NCBI GenBank assembly: GCA_026025075.1
Contig: JAPEUI010000007.1
Coordinates: 124,001-188,000, forward strand
Direction of reading: 5' to 3'
Length of the DNA stretch: 64,000 nt
From: Vezdaea acicularis
Taxonomy: Eukaryota
Below are positions 1 through 11,845 of the stretch, in pieces. Under the pieces are notes generated by a model, which was not told where the DNA came from, searched no databases, and saw only the letters and a list, made by a program, of their open reading frames with translations. Positions within the stretch are counted from its first letter, which is position 1, and each line of letters opens with the position of its first letter. The position numbers were made by a program, and so were the translations under genes.

Positions 1-924
1 AGCCGTGCTCACTGGCTTCTAAAGATTCGACTTGAAAGCATCTTTCTCTGATGCCTGGTGCGTCGTCTACATGAGTTGGATCTGCTCGTCTTGCGACAGC
101 GGCTTCTCCGAGCCACTACGACGCGCCTTCGAAGCATCCGTCTCAAGCATCAATATCTTGCCCGATGACTCGTCAATTCTATAAGAGCGGAACTCGACAT
201 TTTCCCAGCCAGTACCTGAGAGCGCCGTCAGTCAACAGTGAACAACGGCACTGATTGTTGTAGGTGGGCATATACCATCGAACTTGGTACTACCTGCCCA
301 GTCTTCCGTCAGGAAATGAAGAAAGCGGCCATGAGTGACAACAACAATCTCTTTCTCCGGTCTTGATTTTAGCATACTTCTCATTTCTCTTGCCCGCTCC
401 TCGACAATTTTCGCGTCTGGAGACCATCGTCCTTGCTTGCTATTCCATCCGTCCTGCACAAGGTGTAAATCGACAGGCTGGTCGCTGAATTCTTCTCTGA
501 GAAAGGCCGGATTACTTCCAGTATCGCTTGGCAAATCGCCTGTTTCTTGCAGCTCGGGCACAGCTAGAACAGTCAACCCCCGTCGGATCTTAGTGTCGAA
601 GCCTAATAACGCAGTGTAGAGGGTTCTCCGAAGAGGAGAAGCAAGGATGAGATCGACTTTGTCAAGGTAAGGGAATTTTCTATTGAGTTCGCGGCATTGC
701 GCTTCACCTAGGGCGGTGAGTGACGGGTCAGGGAGTACGTGGTTTGCCATGCTAAGGTTGTGGAAGCCCTAAAGTAAGATACATTGGTTGGATAAGGCCT
801 GGAGATAAAGCTGGAAGGTTTACCTGGGCATGACGGACGCAATGGACGATTGGCGCCACTGAAGATGCTAGATCAGTACAAACGTGGTGGGGCAAACTGG
901 GAAGCGCTGTGATTATGACGTACT
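1..924 (-). CDS. Histidine phosphatase (phosphoglycerate mutase-like) family protein, 3' end runs off the window
   Basis: Spliced model: exons 924 (A), 858-824, 768-276, 215-<1. Gives MAPIVHCVRHAQ|GFHNLSMANH...SPLRRT...VVVTHG...D|GTGWENVEFRSY, containing the RHA(Q)G, SPLxR and VTHG motifs. All introns are GT-AG. Confidence 0.85.
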
Positions 925-1515
925 TGCTACTGAATCTAGAACCAAATGAACCCCGCAGTATATACGAAACTTAAGTAAATCGTTAGATGTCTAATTGATA
1001 TATGTAGAAAGAAAGAGAGCGCCCTTTCCTGAATTTAAGGCCATTGAGGAACCGCCGGAAACTCTCCCGAGCCACGGAAGCTCCCCTACGGATCCACCGG
1101 GCCCTGATTGCCGGGTTTGCGCCGCCCTAGCCTTTGTCTGGGCCAATCAATCTCTCACATGCAAAGTGGGCGGATCAGCATTACACACAACTTTTTTTGT
1201 GGCAACCAAAACTAAGGGGACGGTATCTCAGCGCTCTGCAGGTCTGTTTTTATCCGACCAGAGTTGTTTGAATGAATAGATACTGGATAGGCTGAGTCCC
1301 ATCGCATCAGAAAATATGATCGCATGGCATCTTGTGTGTAGGTTCTGAAAGAACTACGAGCAAAAAATAACTATGCCTGGCAATCCCTGCCATAATACGA
1401 ATGCTTGTGCAAACCACCAAAAGACGGTTGACAGGTAGCGAATGTGTTTGTTCTTATAGCCAGTCCTGCCAATCGAACCTAGATAGCCGTCCCACGTTAT
1501 ATATACAGAGTGGAC

Positions 1516-4082
1516 CTAACTCAGTAAAGGTGTATTCTCATCTCCACCCTTCTTTCTCCTCCTTCGGCGTTTCTTTTTATTACTCGAACCCTCGTTGGAG
1601 TCATTTGCTTTAGAGAGGGGGTTTGTCTGCTCATTTCCTCCGTTTTCCCCGCTCTCTTGCCTATTGGGAGATCCTTCAGTGTCAGAACTACTTGTCGTTT
1701 CTAAGACGACTTTTCGAATTCCTCGAGCCTCGACAACGTTCTCAGTTATACTGCCGGATCTAGCTACGGCTGACCGATTCCGAGACCTTGAATCCGTACC
1801 GCTCCGCATGGATTCCAAAGTGTCCGTCGAGCTACTACTATCGTGGTTTATTTGGGGTGTTGGAGTGTGAGTACGACCATTCTCAGCGTACTGGCCAGGT
1901 TTAAGGACCCTTTTGGGCGATATGTTACCTTTGCTAAGCCCCTCTGGACTTTGCGATAACCGCGGAGGGTGACCTTCCAGGGTTCCATATCCAGTTTGTA
2001 CTGCAAGAACACCATCTTTGGCATCTTTGCCAGCAGAGCTTAGTAACCCTTCACCTACACCACCATGAGGAGCATGTTCAGTTGAGTCTTTACGAGCTTC
2101 TCCCACGATTGATCCACTGAGCGACTTCTTCAGATTCTCAGAGGATAAAGTGGGCACAGATGGGCCAGTGGCTCCAAGAGCGGGCTTAATCTTGACAGTG
2201 TTATAGCGTGTCGAGCGAGGTCGGCTGGCCAAATTGGACGGCCCAAGGTGCATCAGGTGGTCTCTTGACTCAGAATCAGTCGCCTTGTGGAGTGCATGTG
2301 CACCATGCACTTGGCCGCTGACTACGCTCGAGGTTCTCCGCATGGACGGTGCCTTGGGGCTTGAGCCATATTCTATTGGCGATTTTATTTTCGAGAGAGC
2401 CCCATTACGAGGTGAAGCGCGCCGAGCAACTCCCTCTGCGTTTACTTCATCCTCCTCAACATCGATAAGGTCCCCATCGCGGCCAGGAGGCTTTCCAGAG
2501 TCATCAACGGTCACCTGACCCTTGGGTACGCGTGTCCTCGGAGCTGGTGTTAGACGACGGATAGCCTTATGAACATCTACGTAGACGTCGGATTCGTCGA
2601 TTATCTCTCTGTAGTCATTAGTAGACATTGTTAGCACAAAGCTCATACAAGGTGGGTGAGGGGATCGAACGATATTAGGTTAAGAAGCACCAAGGTTTAG
2701 ACAAGGACAAATTCTGGTAACTCTTTCAAATGTGAAAGTTTTACGTACTCTCCTATCAGCTCTTCAATCACGTCTTCGAGTGTCACTACACCTATAGCGC
2801 CATAGTTTTCACCGGGAAAATCCGACACCAGCACCATGTGGGACTTGCCCTCCTGGAAAAAGTTGACGATGTCAAGGCAGCTGGTTTCTGGCCTCGTCTC
2901 TGGGAGAGTAGCTAAAGCGAAATCGCTTACACGCTTGCCGTCTTCTGGATCATAAGTAATGAGAATTTTGACGAGAAGCATGCCAACGAAATCATTGGGG
3001 TTGTTAGGAGCGTGAATGGGAATTCTGGAGTAACCCGCAGAAAGAATGACATCCATAGCTTCTTCGTCTAGGACTTTATCACTCGGCATAGTGAAAACGT
3101 CATCCATGGGGGTCATTATGCTTCCCACTGGTTTGGCTTTTAGGTCAAGTACAGCGCTAATGATAGTGACCTCATCCTCATTCAAACGGTCGCCAGGAGT
3201 TGGTCCGAGGGTTTTATGGAGTGTGACGAGAGTCTTCAGTCCAGCCTTCTTGTATACTGTTCCATGCTCCTCGCCAAGTAGCCAATCTAGCAGTTTCGCG
3301 GTTGGCCAAGCCAAAGGAGCCAGGAGATACATTAGTCCAAGGACGACGGGTGACATCCAGGCTCCGATGGGAAGGCCATACCGAACACATATAGATTGTG
3401 GGATAATTTCACCAAATATGACTAGACCATGGTCAGCTTAAATCGCTGACTGGGAGTGATGGCATCGTGATCGACTAACCAATCAGGGCGGTACTGCCTA
3501 AAACTGCTGGCCATCCCCCCCCAAGGGACCTATCGAGGACGATAGGTAACGTTTCGTTTGTGATGACGTTGCTGAGAAGGAGTGTAACAAGAACCCAGTG
3601 CTTCCCGCGATTGAGAAGTCCGAGTACCTTCCCAGCATGCTTTTGCTCTTTGCCTTCGCCAGATTCTGCAATTACTTGAAGATAGATCTCATCTTGTCCC
3701 ATCAAACTACCAACCAGGTCAAGATTAGTGTAAGTCGAGTATTATGCAGCTGGGCATAGGCTTACGCGATAGTGAGTCCAGCAAAAGCCCCGCCACCAAG
3801 CACGAGCAGACATGCTGTACCTAGGTAGAGCCATAGACTAGGGTCATCGGCCGGCTTGGCATCACCGTCGAAGATGAAAGTCCCACTTGATACGAATGCG
3901 AGAGGTGATGCCTTGGCAAAAGGTATGGTTGCGATTGTGAAGAACAAGAGCTTCACAATGGAGAGAAACGCCGGCCTGGTCCCCGCGAAACCAGTCAGGA
4001 CGGGTCCAGAGGCCAGTGCCTTGTTCGGCGTAAGCGCTTGGTGGTGGTGAGCGCCATTGTAGAAAAATTGCGAAGTCGGCAT
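1516..4082 (-). CDS. MAM3: CNNM/DUF21 plus CBS-pair metal homeostasis membrane protein (Mam3-like)
   Basis: [81 protein letters not shown]. Four exons. C-terminal ENTPLL resembles a dileucine sorting signal. Confidence 0.92.
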
Positions 4083-4318
4083 AGAAATGATAAGGTTCAG
4101 TTTTCTGCTATTCGATGGCCCCAGTTCGAAGTAAGCTTAAGTTGAGGTCCTGGGGTAGGACAAAAGGCAGATGAAAATGGCCAATGATGTTGCTCGGTAG
4201 CGACGCGGAACATCGAAAACCGTGCACTACGTAGCTTTCGGATATGATGATGATGTGATTGGGCCAAGCCGCGATCTATAACGAACATCACCAATTTATA
4301 CAATTTGTGAGATAAATT

Positions 4319-6170
4319 ATGGATGACTGGCAGAACATTGCACGTGCAAAACGAGATGCTGTGAATAGCCTTATTCCCGAGCAATGGCGATTCAAAGGCT
4401 CTATCCCATCAGTCGAAGAGCAAAGAGATGTAACTGGCAGCTACATCCAGCAGTTTCTCAGCCCCAACGAAGTCGAGATTACCGAGTCGGACGCTGTCAA
4501 GATCACACAGCATACAGCTATAGGACATTGGAAAGCATTGGATGTTACTAGAGCTTTTTGTCACAGAGCTGCACTCGCCCACCAATTGGTGCGCTTCACC
4601 TTTGCTACCACTTGAAGCTCCTTCAAACATAGAAGCTCATTATTGAAAGACCAATTGCCTTCACGAGATCTTCTTCGAGGATGCATATGCCCAAGCTCGA
4701 GCACTCGACGAGTATTATGCTACTAATAAAGGGCCAAAAGGCCCGCTCCACGGCCTTCCCGTAAGTCTCAAAGACCAATTCCATGTCAAAGGGGTTGAGA
4801 CCTCGATGGGTTATGTGGGATGGATCGGTACGTTCCAGGGAAAAAAAGAAACGAACAAGGGTGTGTTTGAAAGCGAGATGGTAACGGAGCTAAGAGCAAT
4901 GGGAGCAATTCTCTACTGTAAGACTAGTGTTCCCCACACTTTGATGAGTGGCGAGACTGTGAACAATATCATTGGGTATTGCTGGTGCCCTAAGAATAGA
5001 CATCTCAGCTCTGGAGGTAGTTCTGGAGGTGAAGGAGCATTAATAAGCCTTCGAGGCTCACCAGTCGGTTTTGGAACGGATATTGGCGGTTCTATACGGA
5101 TTCCAGCAGCGTTCAACGGGTTATATGGGCTTAAGCCTTCGGGGGGCAGGTTGCCTTATTCAGGAATGGCCAACAGCATGGACGGACAGAACACAATCTT
5201 ATCAGTAGTTGGCCCAATGTCGCATTCACTCGACTCCTTGGTCTTGATAGTTAAAAGTGTCTTGAGTCAACAGCCCTGGTTGCAGGATCCGTTGGTCCTT
5301 GAATTGCCTTGGCGACAATCCCACGTGGAAGAGATACAGCAAGCAGATGTCTTGAATTTTGGCATCTTCTCTCACGACAAGACAGTCACACCAACGCCCC
5401 CTGTTCAACGTGCCTTGAAAATGACTGCGCTTGCTATACAAGCGATTGGCCATAAAACAGTTTCGTGGGATCCTCCTTCACACGGGAAGGCGCAGGAGAT
5501 ATGTTTCTCTACGTGGCATTACGATGGAGGCGCTGATATCCATGGTGCTTTTGGTCTATCCGGCGAGCCAATCTCACCACAGATCTCGGGCGCCTACGGC
5601 ACAGGACCAGGGGATGAAATGACAGGGAGCGCAATTGCGAAGGTCAATGTTGCGAAGAGAGAGTTCCAGAAGAGCTATCTGGACTACTGGAATAGTACCA
5701 AGAGTATCACGGGAGGATCACCAGTAGATGCTATTATTGCACCAGTCGCACCATTTCCCGCCGCTAGACAAGGAAGATACCGATACTATGGTATGAGCCA
5801 ATCCCTGGGTACTTAGTTTACAATAGCACACTAACTGAATTGAATCAAGGATATAGCACCTTTCTGAATACGTTGGACTATCCGGCGTGTGTGATCCCGG
5901 TAACGCAGGTAAACGCCGAGGTGGATGTGGTCGATCCGAGATATGAGCCGATAGGTGAAGAGGACAAGGCGGTCTGGGAGAGCTGTAGGTTCCTATTTGA
6001 TCATGGTACTGAAGAACCAGAAGCTGAAAGCTGCAATAGATGACCCGCAGATCTACGACGGCGCTTATGTCGGACTTCAAATCATCGGGAGAAGACTGCA
6101 GGAGGAGAAAGTCTTACAGCTCGCACGGATTGTCTCCGAGGCTCTTGCAAAACAAGGCTCGATAAGGTAA
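4319..6170 (+). CDS. Amidase-signature enzyme, acetamidase (AmdS-like)
   Basis: HGLPVSLKDQF, GGSSGGEG and GTDIGGSIRIPAA supply the Lys-Ser-Ser triad. Four exons with introns near 4589-4649, 5792-5850 and 5986-6039. Ends ...VGLQIIGRRLQEEKVL...GSIR*. Confidence 0.92.
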
Positions 6171-6559
6171 CCTAGACGGATAACCGCACTAGTTATCATA
6201 GCACATTGTCCACTCATCCAGACCTAAGAATAGCAAATGAGTTTGCACATTCTTGTGAGTCGCTACATTGTTGTTTAGGTGCAGCCGAGAAAGAGCGCGT
6301 AAAATCCCAGCCCTCTTATTCGGCAAATCAAGCGAGCGGAAACCTCCCCGATCTCTGTCCATTCAATGTCAAGATCATTCTCTCCGCTTTCTTGCATAGT
6401 GGTCAATCTATATCTGGTATTGCCACTCCTAGCAATTGACGTATGATCCAGCCTTACCTGCGACCTATCAACCACGTATTTGATCTGAAAAACAACCACA
6501 TTGGCATTCCACCCCCAGCGCCGAACCCATGTGCGACCATTTAGGACTGCTTCCGCATC

Positions 6560-8196
6560 ATGGCAGAGATATCAGTTGAGACCCCTGGCTCAGCTGCTGA
6601 TTCTAGCTCAGGAAAACCCGCGGCGTCCAAAGATAAAAGTTGTCCATTTTGTAATCAGCCTTTTACTTCATCTTCACTGGGAAGGCATCTCGATCTCTAC
6701 ATTAAAGAGAAAAACCCGAAGCCTGCCGATGGAGTCCACCATGTTGACGAGATCCGTAAAATTCGAGGTAGCATTACCCGACGTCAAGCCCGTACTTCTT
6801 CTGGTAAGAGGGATAGCTCGACTCCGAGTCAGTCCAAGCAATCATCTCAACAGCCTTCACCTAGTCCGGCGAAAGCAGGACCAGTGAAGGATCCGACGCT
6901 TATTTCAAAGACAAAGTTAATCCTCAATCAGCCAGGATGGGAGGTTAATGGAGTCATTAGGGACATCCCTTCTGTGTTGAGTGATGACCGGCAGGTGCCA
7001 GTGTCGCATCGGGCCCATGGGAAAAGAACATCTCCCAAAAATGAGCTCGAAAGACAGCAGAAGCTACTCGAAGCAGCAGATAATGCCAAAGCTTCAGAAC
7101 TAGCGTTGAGGGAGGTTTTAGGAAGTATAAAGGCTGCAAGGTATGGTCTGCACCAATCTGAACATCTAGAATGGACCGTCTCCCTAGCTGGGGTTGACAC
7201 TTTACTATGAGCTTAATCTTTACTTACTGTAATAAAAGATCCAGGACAAACCCCCCTTCACCATTCGATTTCAACCCATTCGCTCTCACTTTTCCAGCTC
7301 TAACACTGCAATGCCTGCCACCGCCTCCGACACTATTCTCTACACATACTTTTGCCACAGCTACATCCTGGTCACTTGAACCCCCGGGCTCAAACCAGTA
7401 TGAGAGCCTCATAAATTGGTTCCGAGAACGCTACAGGCAATGGCGAGTAGAGTTTCTCCCCCAAATTAACGCCGGTGCCGAAAATGAAAACACCCTCGAC
7501 AATTCGAACGAGCAATTAGTCCAACAGCAAGAAGAAATCACCATGCGCCACCTTACTAAAGCCTTCACCACCTGGAAATCACTCTCTGAGAAAGCCCGGC
7601 ATGATAATTGGCGCCTTGAAACCCTCCGTGCCCTTGCCCGTGGCGAAGAAAAGCGGAAAGATGCTGAACGTCAGCTGTCGTTTGCGCAGCAGGAGATCGA
7701 AAGTTTACGAGCGCAGGTCGACCGCCTCAGCCAGTGTCAGCAGCCCCGTGAATTCATCCTGCACCCACCCGATACGCTTGCTATTTCAAAGGAAACATCG
7801 AGGAACTTGGCTGGTGCTCAGAGTGAGCGAATGGCCGACTGGGACTTTGACAGCTTGGTCACAAAGTGGAGAGGAATTGTTCGTGAACAGCGCCAGATGA
7901 GGAACGGCCTTGCGGCGCAGAAACCATTGCCGACCACAGGCTTGCAGACCGCGTTCCTGCCTACCGCCGGTGGCGATGTGATTATAGATAGCTCGTTCTC
8001 GACAACGCTCGAAAACGGCAAAAGTCCGGACTACAACAACGAACAGCTGCGAGACACGGATCACGCTATGTTAGACCAGGTGATGGCCAACAATAATGTG
8101 AGTGAAGTGTATGGGGGTCGCACGCTGATGGAATTAAGGGGTGATGAGTTTGTGGCCATTAATGGGGTGGTTGGGGTCAGAATGAACGGCAATTGA
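6560..8196 (+). CDS. Conserved hypothetical protein with N-terminal CxxC...H zinc-finger-like motif and a coiled coil
   Basis: Two long ORFs joined by an intron 7141-7243 (GTATGG...CCAG). Motif CPFCNQPFTSSSLGRHLDLYIK; heptad segment EEKRKDAERQLSFAQQEIESLRAQVDRL. Confidence 0.75.
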
Positions 8197-8927
8197 CGAA
8201 ACAAATCTTGATAATTTGAGAACGACAGGGAGCATAGTGCATTCAGCCAGGCTTTGAGCAGGTTTCACAAGATAGCATTGGAACGGGCGTATTGATCGCT
8301 CTTTGTATAGGCTGGTATGCGATGCATGAAGCATTGCCGGAGGTTGTCATTGGTTCACATTTCATCTCTTTTTCTCTTTCCTCGACATTGGAAACCTGTA
8401 GAATCTTGTATCCGATCCATGGTACAGGATCGGTGATGAGCAGATGTATGTAAATATAGAGATCATAACGTAGAAAGGCCTCAAGAGCTTAAGAAACGAA
8501 TAGAGTAGCCCCAAAGCTGATGATGGACCAATTGACCTTTGGGAGCTATAGTATCCACACTAACGATAGCCCGCGATCTTGGCGCCTACGATACCACCCC
8601 CGCGTCATTGCATATTGGCTTTTGGCTAAACTTTTCGTAGCTCGCTATTTTTGGACAAGGCTCAACCCGCCTGCTCAGAGCGAACCAGCCTCGTGAAACA
8701 AGCGATGGACATACACTTTTACTCGAACGCTGCCACACCCGCTGCGACACACGCCGCGTCATTTGCTGGCTTGTCCGCAGGGCGTCCACCGTAGCTGTCA
8801 GAACTTTCTAGTCTTCTGAGAGCTACCGGACTGTCTTGCTTGTTAGATAACCGGAAGCGTTCCATTTGAGGTGGATTGTTCCGTAAAGTCTTAATGTAGT
8901 TTGATACGATTGAGAAGAGTCCTAATT

Positions 8928-10473
8928 ATGCTTGACGAAAATCTCCCTAGTATGTATGCAATCTATATCTTACTCTAAAACCCCACTAATCAACCTTACA
9001 GCCTTTTTCCTGAAGCCCTCAACGGACGGTGTGGCTCATCATTCGACCTTTTATCTGTCTCAGTACGGCTCGGAGCTTGAACCAGCGTATTCTCTCCATC
9101 GGTTCGACCCGTCCCTACCAGCAGCAAAGAACTGTTACTGCGTTGCTCTGTTCGACCCATTCAACTCTGACATCTTGTTCGCGGAAGTTCTCCTTAATCT
9201 TGAATGGACACAACCAACAGCTTCAGCGGAGCAGATAAGGCTACATGGAGGGGTACCACCGCCGCCGCAACCACACCTCCCGAGCGATTTCAATATTCAA
9301 CTTTATAACCCAGATCAACAAGTTGAAGTGAAACAGAAGAGTGGCTCCTGGGGCTCCTCATCATCATGGGAGTTTCAGCTCCCCCAGCAGACTTTTCGCC
9401 AGCCTTCAGTGTCTGCGATCGATCGAGCCCGGAACGACCCCACTGCCGCGGAGACTACACCGAAGGTCACGTTTCGATGGAAAAAAGACGGCAAACTATC
9501 AAGGGACTTGGTCTGCACGGTTTCGGGGAAATCAACGACAATTGAAGCGGGCAACAAGAAGAGCTCGAAAGAGCCAGATATCACCATTGCATTATTCAGG
9601 AACCTCAAGGAGATGACAGTCTACGAGCCGAACCTTGCGAGAGTCGAGCTGGAAGACCCAAAAGGCCTTGAAGTAGTGCTCATGCTCTCAGCCGTATCAA
9701 TCAGAGACGTATACTTTGGCAACATACGAGAAACGTTCAATTTATCGTCCGACCACCGAAAAGGCAGCAGGGGCTCTCCTACCAGTCCAATAGTCGGCCT
9801 GCCCTTCCGAATACCCACAAACAGACACGATCAACCGCATGCAAACTCAACCAGCCCTCCGAATCCTCAACCCAACAACAACAGCAGCTACGGCCAAGCT
9901 CCCAGACCAACTATTCCTCCCCGGCATGAAGCAGGCCCACCTTTTACCAACCCAAGGACGCAATGGGAAATCGACGCCGAATCCGCTCGCCTTAAGAAGC
10001 AGCAAGAGGCCGAGCGAAGGAAAGCTGAGCGCGCCGAACAAAAAGAGGTCGAGCGAATCAAGAGGATGCTTGAGGCCGAAGAAAAGGAAGAGCGTCGTCG
10101 CCAAGCCGAAATTAACAAGGAGACTGCACGCCTCCAGAAAGAGTACGCCGAAGAGCAACGGAAAGCCCAGAAAGCCCATGGCAAGTACCGCAATAGCTCA
10201 GCACCACCCGTGCAACCAGCGCGGCCGCAGAGCGCAGCCGCGCCCGCTACCTTCTGGGGTTACCCAGCGGCCCCTCAGCCTCAAGGGCCTTACTTGCAGC
10301 CCCCAGGACCGGGGCAGCAAAACAATGCGTCAATGAGTACCTTCTTCGGTGGCGGGGGACTCAGACCTGAAGACGAGAGACGGAATCGGCACAGGAGAAG
10401 CATCTTTGGACTCCGGTCGCAGAGCGACGAAGCGGCGAACAAATTGACGAAGAAGAAATCGAGCTTGTTCTGA
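8928..10473 (+). CDS. Conserved hypothetical protein (globular N-half, charged coiled coil, Pro/Gln-rich tail)
   Basis: Exon 8928-8949 (MLDENLP), intron 8950-9001 (GTATGT...CTAAT...CAG), exon 9002-10473 open for about 490 codons. Confidence 0.75.
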
Positions 10474-11845
10474 CTGTCTCTGTTACACATCATTATGCGA
10501 AGGCGTACTGTTGATGGTTTAGAAAGGGTGTACTCGGATACCATCTGTTACCAACAAGTCTGGTCTGGTCCGGTCTTGCTTGGGGTTTGACACGGCGTCT
10601 ACTAGAACGGTAAGGAGCCACATATCACGTCGGTACGAATGCTTAGATAAATAATTACTCAAAACTTCTTCCATCCAATACCTTTCTCAAAGCAAGCCAG
10701 AAAGCTATCGCGCATACTTGGAGGTTACACAGCATTTGCGGTCAACGACCAGGACGTCCCGCCCTCCTGGCACCCAGCCGTGGAAGATACTTCCCTGCCG
10801 TCCTCGACGTCGTCGCCGTCGTTGTACCACCGCCCACGCAGGCCACACGCACAGTATGCGCGGCTCACTGCATCCTCAACACATCCAGCATTGGTGACTA
10901 TCTCTTCCAGCTCAACCTGCCCCAATCGAGCCCGCAACCAAACCCCCCATTGCGCCCTGTGCCCCCCTCAAACCCAGTAGTAGCCGGGCCCCCCAAAAGC
11001 CTGTAGTCGAATTGTTGCTTGGTCACACCAGTGCTCTGATTAAGCATCCGCTTTACCGGCCATGGAGGTGGAGCGGAGGCTATTCCGCCCTGCGCCCATA
11101 CGCCCGTGGCCTCTCGCGCGCACGCGCAGAAGTAGCGATCGGTTAAGCTTCTTAGCCGACCGACCCGACCGCGAATTGGCGCCGCGCCGACTTACCCGCA
11201 CACCCACACGTTTTCTATCCTCCTAGTGTCGTCGTGGCTTTGTCATGACGACGTTGAAGGGTAGAGGGTGGCGGGGGACGGCGAGCTTTCCTTTCTAACT
11301 GCTTACTCACGCCGTGAAAGATTGGGGGATACGCACGTAGCTCCCCTTTAATGTGATTGGTGAGAGACGGGGAGAAGAGAGTGGATATATAGCTTCTCAC
11401 GAGCCTTTCCAGCGGCTGGTTTACGCAGTTTTTGTTGCTGGTCTTTCCTCTTCCATTTTGCGCATCCAACGAACGCCAATCGCATCTAGATTCCTTAGTT
11501 GGGACAATCTCTAAAATACACAACGGCACGTCCTGTACTAACGTCGCCTCCCGAAGACCAGATTACTGCCCACCTCCATTTCCTTGCGCGCCATCAGGGA
11601 TTGTCACGGCGGTAAAGCTTCCAACGAGGCTCGAATGAACACAAGTCGACCCCTTCCTAGCGTTGCACAAGCATTGAGGCTGTGATAAAGCTTGCACCAG
11701 TCACGCCAATCTCGGCGCCGATTGCCTCCTTCTCCAAACACCTGGGCTTTCGCACAAGACAAGCACAGCTAGCTTGGCACCCCCCCCCCCCCTTTCCCCC
11801 TTCCTTCCCCTTTTTTGGGAGCGAGCGAGAACGTCGAGAGGGTTG

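Noticed and set aside
10471..10590. TGA-C readthrough context at the stop of the 8928 gene
   Set aside because: The extension ends ...LLGV with no targeting signal; the context alone is common.
10725..10980. GC-rich short ORFs on both strands
   Set aside because: No recognisable motif, ATG start or splice model; could be an eroded fragment but cannot be supported.
11635..11685. uORF MNTSRPLPSVAQALRL* upstream of the MFS gene as a HOL1-type polyamine sensor
   Set aside because: It does not end in PS-stop, and the transporter is not clearly a HOL1 ortholog.
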